A stretch of 64,000 nt of DNA from Prevotella sp. (GTDB taxonomy: Bacteria; Bacteroidota; Bacteroidia; Bacteroidales; Bacteroidaceae). The number at the start of each line of letters is the position of its first letter. Positions within the stretch are counted from its first letter, which is position 1. This document shows, in pieces, positions 40,278 to 49,977 of this stretch. Where the stretch lies: NCBI GenBank assembly GCA_022788105.1, contig JALEVZ010000053.1, positions 36,858-100,857 of the forward strand. Reading direction: 5' to 3'. A model generated the notes under the pieces. It was not told where the DNA came from. It saw only the letters and a program-made list of their open reading frames with translations, and searched no databases. The position numbers and the translations under genes were made by a program.

Positions 40278-41687
40278 ATGAACAACTACAAGACACTGGC
40301 GCTCGCCCTCTGCCTCAGCATGACAGGCGCCGCCATGGCGCAGAACGGCGCCGGAGGCATCTCACCGGAGATGCTCAGCAAGATTGAGAAAGCACAGGGA
40401 CCGGCATCTATGAACAAGGCTTTGTTCAACGCCATCGCCTCCAACAAGATTGACGATCTGGCAAAGAACTTCGCCAATGCAGGTGACGTAGACACCCACT
40501 TCAGCGTGGAGACACCGAAGCAGAACATACACGACCAGAAGAGTTCGGGCCGCTGCTGGATGTTCTCAGGACTGAACGTGCTGCGTTCAAACTTCGCCAA
40601 GACACACGGCGACAGTCTCTGCGTGGAGTACTCACACGACTACTTGTTCTTCTACGACCAGCTTGAGAAGTCAAACCTCATGCTCCAGGGCGTCATCGAC
40701 ACTGCTAAGAAGCCCATCGACGACGAGCGTGTGCAGTTTTTCTTCAAGAGTCCTCTCAACGACGGCGGCACCTTCTGCGGCGTCAGCGACCTTGCATACA
40801 AGTACGGACTCGTGCCCAAAAGCGCACAGCCAGAGACCTACTCAGCCGAAAACACCACCCGCATCTCACGCCTCATCTCCTCCAAGCTGCGCGAGTTTGG
40901 ACTTGAGCTGCGCAAGATGGTGACCAACGGCAAGAAAGCCGCAGCCATACAGGAGCGCAAGACCGAGATGCTTGCCGAGGTCTACCACATGCTTTCGCTC
41001 ACGCTCGGAGAGCCTGTGAAGGAGTTTACATACGCCTTCCGCGACAAAAACGGCAACACTGTGGGCGAAGCCAAGAAGTACACCCCGCAGCAGTTCTACG
41101 ACGCCACCGTAGGCCACAAGCTCAACGGCACATTCATCATGGTGATGAACGACCCGCGCCGCCCCTACCACAAGACCTATGAGGTAGAGTATGACCGCCA
41201 CACCTACGACGGAACCAACTGGAAGTACCTCAACCTGCCGATGGAAGACATAGCCAAACTCGCCATCGCCTCGCTCAAAGACGGCCGCAAGATGTACAGC
41301 TCCTACGACGTAGGCAAGCAGCTTGACCGTCAGCGCGGATACCTCGCACTCGACAATTTCGACTACGAGTCACTTTTCTCAACATCCTTCGGCATGAACA
41401 AAGCAGACCGTATAGCGACATTTGACAGCGGGTCGACCCACGCTATGACACTCACCGCCGTAGACCTCGACAAAGACGGCAACCCCGTGAAGTGGAAAGT
41501 AGAAAACAGCTGGGGCTCTGCCACTGGCTTTGGTGGCTGCTACATCATGACCAACGACTGGTTCAACGAGTACATGTTCCGCCTCGTGGTGAGCAACGAG
41601 TATGTGCCCGAAACCCTCTTGAAGGAGTATGAGCAGAAGCCACTCATGGTAATGCCCGAAGACCCGCTCTTCGGTGTAGACGAATAA
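40278..41687 (+). CDS. pepC: Aminopeptidase C / bleomycin hydrolase family (C1B), exported
   Basis: Signal peptide; QKSSGRCW, THAM, KVENSWG. Confidence 0.9.
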   Translation: MNNYKTLALALCLSMTGAAMAQNGAGGISPEMLSKIEKAQGPASMNKALFNAIASNKIDDLAKNFANAGDVDTHFSVETPKQNIHDQKSSGRCWMFSGLNVLRSNFAKTHGDSLCVEYSHDYLFFYDQLEKSNLMLQGVIDTAKKPIDDERVQFFFKSPLNDGGTFCGVSDLAYKYGLVPKSAQPETYSAENTTRISRLISSKLREFGLELRKMVTNGKKAAAIQERKTEMLAEVYHMLSLTLGEPVKEFTYAFRDKNGNTVGEAKKYTPQQFYDATVGHKLNGTFIMVMNDPRRPYHKTYEVEYDRHTYDGTNWKYLNLPMEDIAKLAIASLKDGRKMYSSYDVGKQLDRQRGYLALDNFDYESLFSTSFGMNKADRIATFDSGSTHAMTLTAVDLDKDGNPVKWKVENSWGSATGFGGCYIMTNDWFNEYMFRLVVSNEYVPETLLKEYEQKPLMVMPEDPLFGVDE

Positions 41688-41707
41688 CAGCACGGCACAC
41701 AGCAGCA

Positions 41708-41752
41708 AGCCGGTGTCCCGAACCGACAACAAGAGGTTCGGAGCACCGGCTT
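41708..41752 (+). terminator. Hairpin after pepC
   Basis: AAGCCGGTG..CCGAACC…GGTTCGG..CACCGGCTT. Confidence 0.55.
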
Positions 41753-41774
41753 TACAGATTGCAACAAAAGAGAA

Positions 41775-42608
41775 ATGAAACAGAACAACAACCTACAATA
41801 CAAGATTATAGCCCTCGACCTTGACGGTACGCTCACCAACGACGCCAAAGAGGTGACGCCGAAGACCCGTGAGGCGCTGCTCAACGCACAGCAGGAAGGA
41901 GTGGTCATAGTGCTCGCGTCGGGACGACCGACCTACGGCATAAAGCCCGTAGCCGACTGTTTGGAACTCAACCAGCGCGGAGGCTACATGCTGTCATACA
42001 ACGGCGGACAAATCATAGACTGCAAAAGCGGCGAAGTGATATACTCCAAGTACCTGCCCGACGACGTCATACCAGTGCTCTACAGCTACGCACGCAGCCA
42101 CGGCCACGCCCTGCTGGGATATGTCGGCGACGAGATAGTGACCGAAATGCCGTGGGACGAGTACGTGAAAGATGAGTCGCGCATCAACCGCATGGCAGTA
42201 AGACACGTCGACAACCTGCTCACAAGCCTTGAGCGCCACCCCACTAAGCTGCTGATGACGGGCGACCCGGCGAAGATGATAGCGGCCGAAGAAGAGCTGT
42301 CGCGCCTCGTAGGAGGCAGAATGGACGTGTTCCGCTCAGCGCCGTTCTTCATCGAACTGGTGCCGCAGGGCATCGACAAGGCGCAGTCGTTGCTGCGATT
42401 GCTCTCACGCCTCAACCTCACTCAGCAAGACCTCATGGCGTTTGGCGATGGCTATAACGACCTCTCCATGCTGAAACTGGCAGGACTGGGCGTGGCGATG
42501 GCTAACGCGGCACCCGAAGTGCGCGCCGATGCCGACTGGGTGACGCTGTCAAACGAAGACGACGGAGTGGCACATGCCCTCGACCGCTGGCTCCACTCAG
42601 AGCCTTAA
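41775..42608 (+). CDS. Cof-type HAD-IIB hydrolase
   Basis: DLDGTL, ASGRP, GDGYNDLSM. Confidence 0.93.
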   Translation: MKQNNNLQYKIIALDLDGTLTNDAKEVTPKTREALLNAQQEGVVIVLASGRPTYGIKPVADCLELNQRGGYMLSYNGGQIIDCKSGEVIYSKYLPDDVIPVLYSYARSHGHALLGYVGDEIVTEMPWDEYVKDESRINRMAVRHVDNLLTSLERHPTKLLMTGDPAKMIAAEEELSRLVGGRMDVFRSAPFFIELVPQGIDKAQSLLRLLSRLNLTQQDLMAFGDGYNDLSMLKLAGLGVAMANAAPEVRADADWVTLSNEDDGVAHALDRWLHSEP

Positions 42609-42684
42609 CATCCACACCCCGACAGACGCGTAAACACCCCGTCTGCTGGCTTCGATATAATAGTCGTTTGGGCATAAGGCCCAT

Positions 42685-42849
42685 TTGACAAAATGATAGC
42701 ACCCATTTGAGATTGCCAAAGGGCCGTAGTGACAAGCCCAAAGGAGCCCTTTGGCGTCCTCAAAGGGGCCCTTTGAGGATGCCGCGGGACTTTTAACAGA
42801 CGTTAAGAATTGCGTTTACAAAATCACGTTATTTCCTTACATTGTGTCA
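42685..42849 (-). repeat. 165-bp dispersed element, copy 5 (inverted)
   Basis: TTGACAAAATGATAG…TTAAC-agac-GTTAAGAATT…GTGTCA. Confidence 0.88.
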
Positions 42850-42965
42850 CATTTTACCCGCTTTTGCTGACACATAGGTTTTGTCACTTTTTCCCAAAAC
42901 CCACTTCTCACCACCTTCTGCACCCATCCATCACAGCATCAATACTTTGCGCCACCGCTACGACG

Positions 42966-43119
42966 CTTCCCAGCCGCCGCCATAGCACCTCTCCGCTGCA
43001 GCCGTAACATCTCTCCATTACCACCACACTCCCTCTCCATTGCCGTCACACTCCCTCTCCGCTGCCGCCGTAACACCTCTCCATTGCCGCCACAGCTCCT
43101 CCCCGCTGCCGTCACAACA
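42966..43119. repeat. 22-bp tandem array, 7 degenerate units (CCTCTCC(G/A)(C/T)TGCCGCC…)
   Basis: Units at 42966, 42988, 43010, 43032, 43054, 43076, 43098. Confidence 0.88.
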
Positions 43120-43257
43120 CCCTTTTGCAGCGTTATTTTCAAAAAAATGGCATCGCTTTTTTACGTTTATGCACTCGTCAGCGACATTTAATCACGTTTT
43201 CTGACAAACACGCACAACACTGCCCCACACAGTGTTGCACATTCCAAATATTATTCG

Positions 43258-43265
43258 TAATTTTG
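43258..43265 (+). promoter_or_regulatory. -7 promoter element upstream of the kinase cluster (TAATTTTG)
   Basis: TAnnTTTG, about 290 nt upstream of ATG 43556. Confidence 0.55.
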
Positions 43266-43555
43266 CCATATACATACCCCACACCTGCAACACGAGCCTA
43301 CAGCCGCAGACACAGGGGCGGAGAATAAAACTTAAAGAAGCCGTAAGAGTGGTGAAAACCACGCCACTATGGACCACAGGACGCCAAAACAGCCTAACAG
43401 TGAGGGTGAGATTCCACACGCCCTTCAGCTTCAGATAAACGCAATGTTATAATGCACTTACCACCTACCCAAGCCCGTCATCACGCCGCCACGACACTGT
43501 CCGCATAGCGCTGACGCCAGGTTTGGGCTAAAACAGAATATATAACAAACAGCAT

Positions 43556-45358
43556 ATGAACAACAACATGACAACAAGTCTCCCCGTAGGCACCATACTC
43601 CACGGCGAGGCATACGACTACAAAATAACGAGAATACTCGGACAAGGGTCGTTCGGCATCACCTACCAGGCAAAGGTAGAGATGAAAGGAGCTCTCGGCA
43701 CACTCGACAGCAATATGTATGTGGCGATAAAGGAGTTCTTTATGAAGGAGGTGAACGGCCGCGAAGGGTCTACTGTGACCAGCAGCAGCGACTCGAAGGG
43801 TGGACTCGTAGACTACTATCGCAAAAAGTTTGAACGCGAAGCACAAAACCTTAGCACGCTGAAACACGACAACATAGTGCGCGTACTGGAGTCGTTCCAC
43901 GGCAATGGAACGGTCTACTACGCCATGGAGTTTATCGATGGACAAAGCCTTGACAACACCATCATCAACTCACCGAAGGGCCATCTCGACGAGACGACGG
44001 CGCTGTCGTACACACGACAGATAGGCGCCGCACTATCATTCATGCACAATCGCGGCATACTTCACCTCGATGTGAAGCCTGCCAACGTGATGGTGAGACG
44101 CGACGGAAGGGCTTTCCTCATCGACTTCGGACTGGCAAAGCTCTACACTTCGGACGGAGAGCCGGAGTCAAGCACTAAGGTTGGAGCAGGCACACCGGGT
44201 TATGCACCGCTCGAACAGGCAAGCTACCGCGAGGGAAAGGGATTCCCCTTGGTGATGGACGTGTACGCTCTCGGCGCCACTTTGTTCAAGATGTTAACTG
44301 GAAACCGCCCACCAGAAGCGTCGGAGATACTCAACGACGGCTTCCCCACAGGCGAACTTATGCAGGCTGGCACCTCCACCAGCTTCATTGCATGTGTCAA
44401 AAAGGCGATGGCACCGCTGAAGTCGGACCGCTACCAGAACGTAAACGAATTTCTTACAGCCCTATCCGCAGCTGCTGCGGGCTGCGACATCAACGAAGAA
44501 GCGACCTCTATCAACACCGACTCCTCCACTGTGACCGACGAACCAGAAATTGTTGACGTGGAGCGCGACAACGCACGAAACGCACAAAAGGCAGCAGCGG
44601 AGCGACAAAGACAGATGGAGGCGGAACGCCAAAGACGTCAGGAGGCAGAGAGAGCAAGACGTCTGGAAGAGGCAAGAAAACGCCAAGAGGCTGAAAATCG
44701 ACGTCAGGAGGAGGCAAGAATGCGCCAAGAGGCAGAGAGACAAAAGCGTCAAGAAGAAGAGAAACGTCTCCAAGCCGAGCGCCAAAGACAACCCAGGCGC
44801 GAGGCAGACATAGACACCGACCCCATAGACAAGCCATCGTCTAACAACCTTATGCGCAAGGTCATCATCTCAGTGTTTGTGTTTATAGGCATAGCAATAT
44901 GCTATCCCAGCATCAAAAGCTGCGGTGGGGTCGGCAACAACGGCTCGTCAAGTTCGACATCTGCATCTGTTGAAGATGTAAAGAACCCGATAGGCACCAT
45001 CAACTACGCCGACTCTGCCGACAATAAGTTCATATGGACGGGCGAAGTACTCAACGATGTGCCCTACGGCATGGGACGTGCAGTCTATCTTAGTGGCGAC
45101 AAAGACAACAGAAAGTCATACGACGGCCGCATGGTGGACGGACAGCGCCACACTAAAGAAGGAGAGACGGCAAAGCTGATTTACAACAACGGCAACGAGT
45201 ACACAGGCACGTTCGTCTACGACAACCTCGGTACGGGCACGTTCATAGACAAGAATAACGGTCTGCGCTACGAAGGATCGTTTCTTGATAATTCACCATA
45301 CAAGGGCACGTGGTACTATCTAAGCGACGGCAGTGTGTACCAGGTAGTGAAGCCATAA
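43556..45358 (+). CDS. Ser/Thr protein kinase - charged helix - TM - MORN-like C-terminal region
   Basis: GQGSFG, HLDVKPAN, DFG; E/R/Q-rich linker; TM; YDG/YTG/YEG repeats. Confidence 0.88.
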   Translation: MNNNMTTSLPVGTILHGEAYDYKITRILGQGSFGITYQAKVEMKGALGTLDSNMYVAIKEFFMKEVNGREGSTVTSSSDSKGGLVDYYRKKFEREAQNLSTLKHDNIVRVLESFHGNGTVYYAMEFIDGQSLDNTIINSPKGHLDETTALSYTRQIGAALSFMHNRGILHLDVKPANVMVRRDGRAFLIDFGLAKLYTSDGEPESSTKVGAGTPGYAPLEQASYREGKGFPLVMDVYALGATLFKMLTGNRPPEASEILNDGFPTGELMQAGTSTSFIACVKKAMAPLKSDRYQNVNEFLTALSAAAAGCDINEEATSINTDSSTVTDEPEIVDVERDNARNAQKAAAERQRQMEAERQRRQEAERARRLEEARKRQEAENRRQEEARMRQEAERQKRQEEEKRLQAERQRQPRREADIDTDPIDKPSSNNLMRKVIISVFVFIGIAICYPSIKSCGGVGNNGSSSSTSASVEDVKNPIGTINYADSADNKFIWTGEVLNDVPYGMGRAVYLSGDKDNRKSYDGRMVDGQRHTKEGETAKLIYNNGNEYTGTFVYDNLGTGTFIDKNNGLRYEGSFLDNSPYKGTWYYLSDGSVYQVVKP

Positions 45359-45384
45359 AGGTAATAAGAACACGACAACACGAC

Positions 45385-47250
45385 ATGAACGAACTTAAAA
45401 TAGGCGCCACCCTACAAAACGGCAAGTACCGCATAGAGCACGTACTGGGTCAGGGTGGCTTCGGTATAACCTATCTCGCCACGCAAACAACACTCGGTTG
45501 CAAGGTGGCTATAAAGGAGTTTTTCTTTCAAGACTGCTGCGAGCGCCACGCTGACGACTCACGTGTGAGCGTGATAACGGCAAGCAAGCAGGAGCTGGTG
45601 GACAAGTTCCGCCGCAAATTCCTAAAGGAAGCGCGGCTCTTGCTTGCCATCAACCACCACAACATAGTGCGTGTGATGGACGCATTCGAAGAGAACGACA
45701 CCGCCTACTATGCTATGGAATACATCGAGGGCATCTCGCTCTCACAACTCATAAGCCAGAAAGGACGCCTCACGGCAGCCGAAACGCTCACCATAACCGA
45801 CTCCGTGGGCCAGGCTCTCGTCTATCTGCACGCACGAAACATAAACCATCTCGACATCAAGCCTGCCAACATAATGATTGAGAACGGCACGGAGCGCGTG
45901 CTACTCATCGACTTTGGCGTGTCGAAACAGTACGATCCAGAGACAGGACAGAGCACCACGACCACGCCGGTAGGTGTCAGCCACGGCTACGCGCCACTCG
46001 AACAGTACAACAACGGCGGCGTACAGACATTCTCTCCACAAAGCGACGTCTACGCCCTCGGTGCCACAATGCTGAAGATGTTGACCGGAATAACGCCCCG
46101 AAACGCCGTAGAGCTGTCGCAACAAGGCGGTCCCACCATCGCGGCGGACGTCCCCGTAAACTTCGCGGCAGCCATACGCGCCGCCATGCAGCCCGTAAAG
46201 GCAAACCGTCCGCAGTCTGTACAGCAGCTGTTGACCATCCTCCACGACGGTCCAACAGATGAAGAGGCGACGGTGGTAGGTGCAATTGGCAATGCAAACG
46301 GCACCTCGGGAGCAGCAAACGGAGCCTCCAACGCGACCAATAATGACGCAGCGGGAGCAGCAAACGGAGCCTCCGGCAACGGCAGCAACGCCTCAAGGTC
46401 TGCCAACGGCAAAGCCAAGCAGATGTTTATTGGCCTCGCACTGGCACTCGTCTTTGTCGGTTCAATCTTCTATCTCGGCACCGACCGCAACAAGACAGAC
46501 ACAACAGACAACATCATGGCTGCCGACAGCGACACCGTAGCGATAGACTCCGTAGCGGTAGAAGAAGACACCAACGTCTACACCGAGAGCTTCAGCCAAA
46601 GCATAAAAGGCAAGATGGACAAAACAAGTCTTAGCATTGAATATCCCACATCGGGTCCAGAGCTGCTCGTGCAGAACATACGCGAGTGGATAAACGAGTC
46701 GTTAGGCGGAAAATATAACGGCGATTTGAGCGACGGAAAAGCCCTCTTCAACTTATACTTCGGCTCCTTGAGACGCGAGATGACAGAAAATTCGGAATAC
46801 GAAAACTACAACCAGGTGACCATAAAGAAGCTGTATGAAAACGACAAGATAGCCACGTTCGTCTGCGAATCCTACTTCTACGGCGAGGGAGCAGCCCACG
46901 GCATGTCGAGCACCATGGGCGTAACGTTCCGCAAATCAGACGGACGCAAGTTCACGGTCAGCCTGCTCGATGGCTCCTACAAGTACCAAAGCGAGATAAA
47001 AACGGGCTTAAAGAAATACTTTGAGCTATCTTCCGACGAAGAGCTCATGGGCCGTTTGATGCTTAACAAAGACGCCGGCAGCGAGATACCGTTCCCCAAA
47101 AATGACCCGTGGATAACGGCAGCAGGCGTCGTGTTCTGCTATTCGGAATACGAGATAGCATGCTACGCCGACGGCATGCCTACCTTCACTATACCCGAAA
47201 GCGTAATAAAGAAGAAGAGTGCCGCCACCACACAGACATTCCTTGAATAG
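45385..47250 (+). CDS. Ser/Thr protein kinase - TM - DUF3298/RsiV(PdaC)-like domain
   Basis: GQGGFG, HLDIKPAN, DFG; TM; YGEGAAHG and YSEYEIACYADGMP motifs. Confidence 0.88.
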   Translation: MNELKIGATLQNGKYRIEHVLGQGGFGITYLATQTTLGCKVAIKEFFFQDCCERHADDSRVSVITASKQELVDKFRRKFLKEARLLLAINHHNIVRVMDAFEENDTAYYAMEYIEGISLSQLISQKGRLTAAETLTITDSVGQALVYLHARNINHLDIKPANIMIENGTERVLLIDFGVSKQYDPETGQSTTTTPVGVSHGYAPLEQYNNGGVQTFSPQSDVYALGATMLKMLTGITPRNAVELSQQGGPTIAADVPVNFAAAIRAAMQPVKANRPQSVQQLLTILHDGPTDEEATVVGAIGNANGTSGAANGASNATNNDAAGAANGASGNGSNASRSANGKAKQMFIGLALALVFVGSIFYLGTDRNKTDTTDNIMAADSDTVAIDSVAVEEDTNVYTESFSQSIKGKMDKTSLSIEYPTSGPELLVQNIREWINESLGGKYNGDLSDGKALFNLYFGSLRREMTENSEYENYNQVTIKKLYENDKIATFVCESYFYGEGAAHGMSSTMGVTFRKSDGRKFTVSLLDGSYKYQSEIKTGLKKYFELSSDEELMGRLMLNKDAGSEIPFPKNDPWITAAGVVFCYSEYEIACYADGMPTFTIPESVIKKKSAATTQTFLE

Positions 47251-47334
47251 AACACAAACAAGCACCATATAGCACACAAGCAAGCACCATATAGCACACA
47301 AGCAAGCATCGAATAGCACACAAACAAAGACCAC
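47247..47334. repeat. 22-bp tandem array, 4 units; the first contains the kinase stop codon
   Basis: atagaacacaaacaagcaccat / atagcacacaagcaagcaccat / atagcacacaagcaagcatcga / atagcacacaaacaaagaccac. Confidence 0.9.
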
Positions 47335-47342
47335 TCCACAAT

Positions 47343-49604
47343 ATGAACGAACTAAAGACAGGCTTTGCCCTGCAAAACGGCAAATACCGCATTGAACGCG
47401 TGCTGGGTCAGGGCGGCTTCGGCATAACCTATCTTGCCGTGCAGGTAAACCTCAACCGCAAGGTAGCCATAAAAGAGTTTTTCATGAAGGAGCTGTGCAA
47501 CCGCGACGCTACCACATCTCACGTGTCGGTGCCGTCGACAGGCAGCGCCACCACGGTGGAACGGTTCCGCAGCAAGTTCGTGAAGGAAGCGCAAACCATA
47601 GCCGGACTCGACAATCCGCACATCATTCGCATACACGACATATTCAATGAGAACGGCACCGCCTACTATGTCATGGACTATCTTGGCAACGGTTCGCTCT
47701 CCGACCGTGTAAAAAGCGGCGGACCAATGGACGCGCAGACAGCCACAACCTACATCCAGCAGATTGGCGAGGCACTCACTTACCTGCACGCCCGCAGCAT
47801 CAACCACCTCGACATCAAGCCGTCTAACATACTCATCAACGCCAGCGGAGAAGCCATAGTCATAGACTTCGGACTGTCAAAGCGCTACGACGAGAGCGGC
47901 ACGCAGACCAGTTCGACGCCCGTTGGCATCAGTCACGGCTACGCACCGCTTGAGCAGTACCAGCCGGGAGGCGTCAGCACGTTTTCACCAACTGCCGACA
48001 TCTACGCCCTCGGCGCCACACTCTTCTATCTGCTCACCGCCACAGCGCCGCCCAACGCTACCACATTGCTCTACGACGGCTTCCCCACCGCCACACTGAC
48101 GAGCCACAACGTGGCGCCGACGATAGCCATCATAGTAGAGAAAGCCATGCAACCGCTACCGAAAGACCGCTACGCGAGCGTGGCAGAAATGACCAGTGCG
48201 CTCGACAAGGCTCTCTCTACAAAAACCGACGAAGCCACCGTGACAGCCAACACCAACCCCAGTGAGGCAACCATAATAGGCGCAACGCCAACCGTGGCAC
48301 GCCCCAAACCAACTACTACAAGCTCAAAGACAACCGCTTCAAGCCCCAAGACGCCAGCCACAACGACCCCAAAACCAACCGCTTCAAGCCACAACGCGCC
48401 AGCCACAAAGCCCCACATACAGTGGCACTGGAAGCGCGCGGCGTTGGTGATGCTGCTTGAATACGTGGCAGTGATAGTCCACACAAGCATCTTCAGCCAA
48501 TACTCCTGGTTCAAAGGGCTATATTACACCTTCGTGGGATATGAATCTCCCGACATGAGAGACATCGCATTCTACGTCCAAGACCTGCTCATCACAGCGC
48601 TATTGATTGCCGCCCTCTGCGCCGCAATATACCGTTGGCGCCATCTGTCGCTACACTTCATAGCACGTTGGGCAGCAGTTGTCTTCATACCGGCGTTTTA
48701 TCCATTCAGCATGGTGATTGATACGTATTACCTTTACGGCTACTACATCAATTCGTACACAGCCTTTTTTGCACTCTCTCTGCTGTCAGCCTTCGCCTTC
48801 GCGCTGCCCATGAAGCTGGAAGAGGGGTCTATAAGCAAGACCCTAAAGCGCCACAAGGTGCAGACACTATGGATTGTGCTTATACTCTTCAGCATGGCAT
48901 GCGGCACAGCAGTGCGTTTGCAATGGTATTATAGCGAGCGCAAACGCTTTGTAAAACCTGTCGATTTAGGATTGTCGGTCAAGTGGTCGCCAGTAGGAAC
49001 AAACAGCACCACAGGCTCACTACAACTTGAAGGCTGGCCGTCCTACACCTTCTCCAACAACGACTGCAGCCCTAACAAAGACGCAGACGACCCTACTGAT
49101 TACGGCGAATACATCTTCAAAGAGATAAACATACCCACCAAAGATTGCGACCTGAAGCGAATCCCGATAAATGGGAATAACGATCACCCCAACACCTTAT
49201 TAAAATATTACGGTGACGGATGGCGCATGCCGACGTATGCAGAGATGAAAGAACTCGTCGAAAAGTGTACATGGGACTGGGTCAAGATACCCGAAGGCTA
49301 CTACGGAGAGACCTACGGCTACAGGGTGACAGGTCCAAGCGGACGCTCCATACTGCTCCCGGCGAGAGGATATCTACGACTCGACAAGCGCAATGGCACA
49401 TACTACGCAAGCAAGCGACGTGAAGGCCACGACGCCTACTACATGACTGGCACCGTCAACCACGCCAAACCCGACGGGCTCTACGTCCACTACTTAGCGA
49501 TAGAGAGCAACGACTCGCTCGGCACACACACCGCCAAAATGCGTAGCATGTCTATAGAAGACGCGCAACACATCGCTATGTGCATTCGCGCCGTACACGA
49601 CTGA
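47343..49604 (+). CDS. Ser/Thr protein kinase - multi-TM - VDLGLSVKW/WRMPT (DUF1566-like) domain
   Basis: GQGGFG, HLDIKPSN, DFG; about 5 TMs; VDLGLSVKW, GWRMPT…EL, GPSGRSILLPA. Confidence 0.87.
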   Translation: MNELKTGFALQNGKYRIERVLGQGGFGITYLAVQVNLNRKVAIKEFFMKELCNRDATTSHVSVPSTGSATTVERFRSKFVKEAQTIAGLDNPHIIRIHDIFNENGTAYYVMDYLGNGSLSDRVKSGGPMDAQTATTYIQQIGEALTYLHARSINHLDIKPSNILINASGEAIVIDFGLSKRYDESGTQTSSTPVGISHGYAPLEQYQPGGVSTFSPTADIYALGATLFYLLTATAPPNATTLLYDGFPTATLTSHNVAPTIAIIVEKAMQPLPKDRYASVAEMTSALDKALSTKTDEATVTANTNPSEATIIGATPTVARPKPTTTSSKTTASSPKTPATTTPKPTASSHNAPATKPHIQWHWKRAALVMLLEYVAVIVHTSIFSQYSWFKGLYYTFVGYESPDMRDIAFYVQDLLITALLIAALCAAIYRWRHLSLHFIARWAAVVFIPAFYPFSMVIDTYYLYGYYINSYTAFFALSLLSAFAFALPMKLEEGSISKTLKRHKVQTLWIVLILFSMACGTAVRLQWYYSERKRFVKPVDLGLSVKWSPVGTNSTTGSLQLEGWPSYTFSNNDCSPNKDADDPTDYGEYIFKEINIPTKDCDLKRIPINGNNDHPNTLLKYYGDGWRMPTYAEMKELVEKCTWDWVKIPEGYYGETYGYRVTGPSGRSILLPARGYLRLDKRNGTYYASKRREGHDAYYMTGTVNHAKPDGLYVHYLAIESNDSLGTHTAKMRSMSIEDAQHIAMCIRAVHD

Positions 49605-49646
49605 AAAATGCGATTTGTCACAATGTAAGCGACATCGCTGTTTCGC

Positions 49647-49811
49647 TGACACATTGCTACGTTTTAGTGCGTTCTGCTTACGCCAATTCTTAACGAGTGT
49701 TAAAGCAGCAGCGAACTTCCCACTACGCCCCTTTGGGCTTGCCACTACGGCCCTTTGACATCGTCATTAGGCCGTAGTGACAACGCCAAAGGGGTGCTTT
49801 CATTTTGTCAA
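49647..49811 (+). repeat. 165-bp dispersed element, copy 6
   Basis: TGACACATTGCTAC…TTAAC-gagt-GTTAA…TCATTTTGTCAA. Confidence 0.9.
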
Positions 49812-49977
49812 TCGGCAATAGTGGCAAAATCATCAGCCACAGACCACTTTTCACAAACGCCACACCCATCTGCCAATTAGCACCCCTTTGGACATCCGTC
49901 GTATTGTTTTTTTTAGTAAGTTTGCAATCAGATAAAGACGCGACACACCATGACGTGTCGTAAAGAAAGGTCTACAG

